From a bacterium (lineage in GTDB: Bacteria > Patescibacteriota > Minisyncoccia > Minisyncoccales > CG1-02-41-26): DNA of 29,057 bases. A program made the position numbers and the translations under genes. The notes under the pieces were generated by a model that saw only the letters and a list, made by a program, of their open reading frames with translations, ran no database searches and had not been told where the DNA came from. The stretch spans positions 1 through 29,057 of the forward strand of contig JAGGTS010000031.1 of assembly GCA_021163625.1 (NCBI GenBank), given 5' to 3'. The stretch's first letter is position 1, and every line of letters begins with the position of its first letter. This document shows positions 27,184 to 29,057 of the stretch, in pieces.

Positions 27184-27436
27184 ATTAAAAGTTGTGCTTA
27201 CCCTTTTTGTACTTGCCAAAGGCAAGCACAAAAATCCTAAATCCTAAATCCTAAATTCTAAACAAATTCTAAATTTCCCTTTTTTTGATTTTTCATCCAA
27301 TTTAATTTCTTTGAAATAACTGCCATGGCTTTTATTTCAAAGAAAATTATTAATGATTAAAAATTCAAAATCTCTTTTAATTTTGCATTTTCATTTTTCA
27401 TTTTTCATTTTTCATTTTTCGTTTTTCGTTTTTCGC

Positions 27437-27516
27437 TGCCTTGCGAGGAGCCCCGCTTTCAGCGGGACGACGCGGCAATCTGGGATTGCTTCGTCACTTC
27501 GTTCCTCGCAATGACA
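27437..27516. repeat. REP-like palindrome, second copy
   Basis: Reverse complement of 21971-22050. Confidence 0.8.
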
Positions 27517-27530
27517 GGGGGAAGGTTTAT

Positions 27531-27551
27531 CAACGAGACCCGGACTCGTTG
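27531..27551. repeat. CAACGAG-N7-CTCGTTG hairpin downstream of RT
   Basis: CAACGAG-ACCCGGA-CTCGTTG, 71 nt beyond the RT stop. Confidence 0.95.
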
Positions 27552-27622
27552 GTAGAATTCCAATAGTTTAGTAATTTGAATTTGGATGTTAGCTGACAGG
27601 TAGCGGATTTTAGATTGAATGT

Positions 27623-28795
27623 TTAAGTTTTGCGCCTGTTTTCTTTTTCCAGTTTTCTCTCAATTTTCCCGATTCTTCTTTCCAGTTTTTTCAGCAAACC
27701 AGTCAATTTTTTCAACTCCTCCAGAATTAATTTTTGTTCGTATTTGTAGCCTTTTTCCTCTAATTCCAGTTGGAAGTGTAAGGTTTGCTCGTCTGCCAGT
27801 TTTCGCGCCTTTTTAGCCATTTTCCGAAAAATATGCTTTTTTTTACAAGTATATTTTTCTTTTATTCCCAGAAGTGATTTTAAGCCGAGATTTTTTAGTA
27901 TTTTATTTGTCAGGAAAAGATTCCCTTCTTTGTTCCTGCTGTCTTTGTTCCGGCTTAAATAACGGCGTAATCTCATCCTGATAAAGCCATCAAGTTTTTC
28001 AAAAGTTCTTTTACAATGAGCGAATTTATAGTAGTGGCCAAAGCCCAAAATTTGGTTGTTTAAAGATTTGATGATTGCTTTTTGAGGTTTTTTTCTTGTT
28101 AAACGGGTTAATTTAATAATTTTCTTTTTAAAATTTTCAATTTTTTCTTCCTGAATCGTGAAATAACCGGCAAAAAAATAAAAACCGATAAAATTAACCT
28201 TATCTTGATGAAATTTTCCAGATTTTAATTTCTTTTCGTTTATTTCTAGATTTAATTCTGTTAATTTTGGCAAAATTAAGTTTTTGAGCAGAAATTCCGG
28301 CTCTTTCTTGTTTTTGCAAAAAACTAAATAATCATCCATCTGCCGAAGAAAAGGGTTTTTAAGGTTTAAGTCTAAATCCAAAAGAAAAACACTTGCTAAA
28401 ACCCAAGAAAGACGAGAACCGATTGATAGCCCTTTGCCATAGGGTGATTGAGATAAAAAGATTGGAATTTCATTTTTCAGATATTTTTTAAATCTTCTTG
28501 AGGGTTGCTTATGCTGGATTTTTTGATAAATCTCAGACATTTTTTTCAGGAGAATTTGATGATTGATGGAGGGATAATAAAGCCGAATATCAAAACGCAA
28601 AAAATAGGGATATTTTTTGGAAGTTTCTTTGACAAAGTTCAGGGCTTTGGACGGAATCGGCTGAATTAAAAAATGCTGAGGAAATTTTTCTTTTATTCTT
28701 GGCCTGAATTTCCGCAATAAAAAATCAGCCAGAAGTTTTTCCTCGGGTTTTTTGCGGGCTTTAAAATAAGGAAGATTATTTGTATTTTTAGGCAT
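27623..28795 (-). CDS. Reverse transcriptase with group II intron maturase-like thumb, N-terminally short
   Basis: RT3 FLRFDIRLYYPSINH, RT4 GLSIGSRLSWVLASVFL, RT5 FLRQMDDYLVF, RT7 VNFIGF, thumb LNNQILGFGHYYK...LDGFIRMRLRRYL. Confidence 0.9.
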   Translation of the reverse strand: MPKNTNNLPYFKARKKPEEKLLADFLLRKFRPRIKEKFPQHFLIQPIPSKALNFVKETSKKYPYFLRFDIRLYYPSINHQILLKKMSEIYQKIQHKQPSRRFKKYLKNEIPIFLSQSPYGKGLSIGSRLSWVLASVFLLDLDLNLKNPFLRQMDDYLVFCKNKKEPEFLLKNLILPKLTELNLEINEKKLKSGKFHQDKVNFIGFYFFAGYFTIQEEKIENFKKKIIKLTRLTRKKPQKAIIKSLNNQILGFGHYYKFAHCKRTFEKLDGFIRMRLRRYLSRNKDSRNKEGNLFLTNKILKNLGLKSLLGIKEKYTCKKKHIFRKMAKKARKLADEQTLHFQLELEEKGYKYEQKLILEELKKLTGLLKKLERRIGKIERKLEKENRRKT

Positions 28796-28806
28796 ATAAC
28801 GTTTAT

Positions 28807-28827
28807 CAACGAGTCCGGGTCTCGTTG
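28807..28827. repeat. CAACGAG-N7-CTCGTTG hairpin upstream of RT
   Basis: CAACGAG-TCCGGGT-CTCGTTG, 11 nt from the RT start codon. Confidence 0.95.
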
Positions 28828-28899
28828 GTTAATTTGTTTGTAATTTGTAATTTAGGATTTGTTTAGAATTTAGGATTTAGGATTTGAGATTTAACATTT

Positions 28900-29057
28900 T
28901 GTGTTTACCCTTGGCAAGCGCACATCCTGAGCAACTTATTTTTCAGAGATTGGGTCGCTGGGAAAAACCCGAATTCCTAAATCCGAAACCCGAAAAAATA
29001 CCAAATTCCCAATGACCAAATGTTTTTATTATTGGTCATTGGTCATTTTTTCGTCAT
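28900..29057. repeat. Palindrome-bounded element, copy D (inverted copy of A, runs off window)
   Basis: Reverse complement of ~232-385 with a few substitutions; shares the 28900-28922 palindrome with copy C. Confidence 0.92.

Larger units (their letters stand above)
27193..28922. mobile_element. Palindrome-bounded composite element, copy C, carrying a reverse transcriptase
   Basis: Palindromes at 27193-27230 and 28900-28922; inward heptamer arrays (27231-27275 vs 28842-28885) form imperfect terminal inverted repeats; mobility inferred only from dispersed copies. Confidence 0.65.

Noticed and set aside
890-27816. Numerous short antisense or alternate-frame ORFs (e.g. 890-1237, 5479-5940, 8213-8629, 24804-25151, 27619-27816)
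   Set aside because: They fully overlap well-supported genes and show the hydrophobic F/L/S bias expected from antisense reading of K/E-rich genes.
27525-28829. Integron attC sites around a gene cassette
   Set aside because: The hairpins are too short, lack proper RYYYAAC/GTTRRRY boxes and extrahelical bases, and no integrase is present.
27623-28900. Retron
   Set aside because: RT7 reads FIG not VTG, no NAxxH region X, no effector gene, and no clear msr/msd with a branching G.
27193-28922. Group II intron
   Set aside because: No domain V-like hairpin with an AGC/CGC triad seen downstream of the ORF, no GUGYG 5' end with several hundred nt of intron RNA upstream, and the RT lacks RT0. A covariance-model search would be decisive.
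27193-29057. Diversity-generating retroelement
   Set aside because: No TR/VR pair, Avd-like gene or target gene in the window, and differences among repeat copies are not adenine-specific. Parts beyond the window cannot be excluded.
1-29057. Alternative genetic code (TGA as Gly/Trp)
   Set aside because: rpsG, rplD and rpsH end at TGA at expected lengths and no gene needs TGA read-through.

Overview
AT-rich bacterial chromosome segment, most likely Patescibacteria/CPR (Parcubacteria-like). This is inferred from the missing rpmD between rpsE and rplO, a short AlaRS, and an FtsA-like + baseplate-J-like gene pair; TGA is used as a stop. Most of the window is housekeeping: tRNA-fMet (partial), tRNA-Pro, rpmB, a site-2 protease, the str-S10-spc ribosomal cluster through secY-adk-map, then GT2-galT-tpiA, a YkuK-like gene, alaS and the FtsA-like/baseplate-J-like pair. 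The non-housekeeping signal is a family of modular, highly structured intergenic elements in four copies (99-385, 21701-22258, 27193-28922, 28900->29057). They are bounded by a 23-bp palindrome TGTGCTTACC-N3-GGTAAGCACA, lined with heptamer arrays, and built from shuffled hairpin modules that show compensatory base changes. One copy carries an atypical, N-terminally short reverse transcriptase (QMDD, maturase-like thumb) clamped between two copies of a 7-7-7 hairpin whose loop is flipped. No group II intron, DGR, retron or CRISPR context was visible. Other candidates: a Phd/YefM-like protein ending in an SSB-like DDLPF tail between fusA and tuf, and long charged extensions on the exit-tunnel ribosomal proteins. 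All calls are by eye from motifs; no searches were run.
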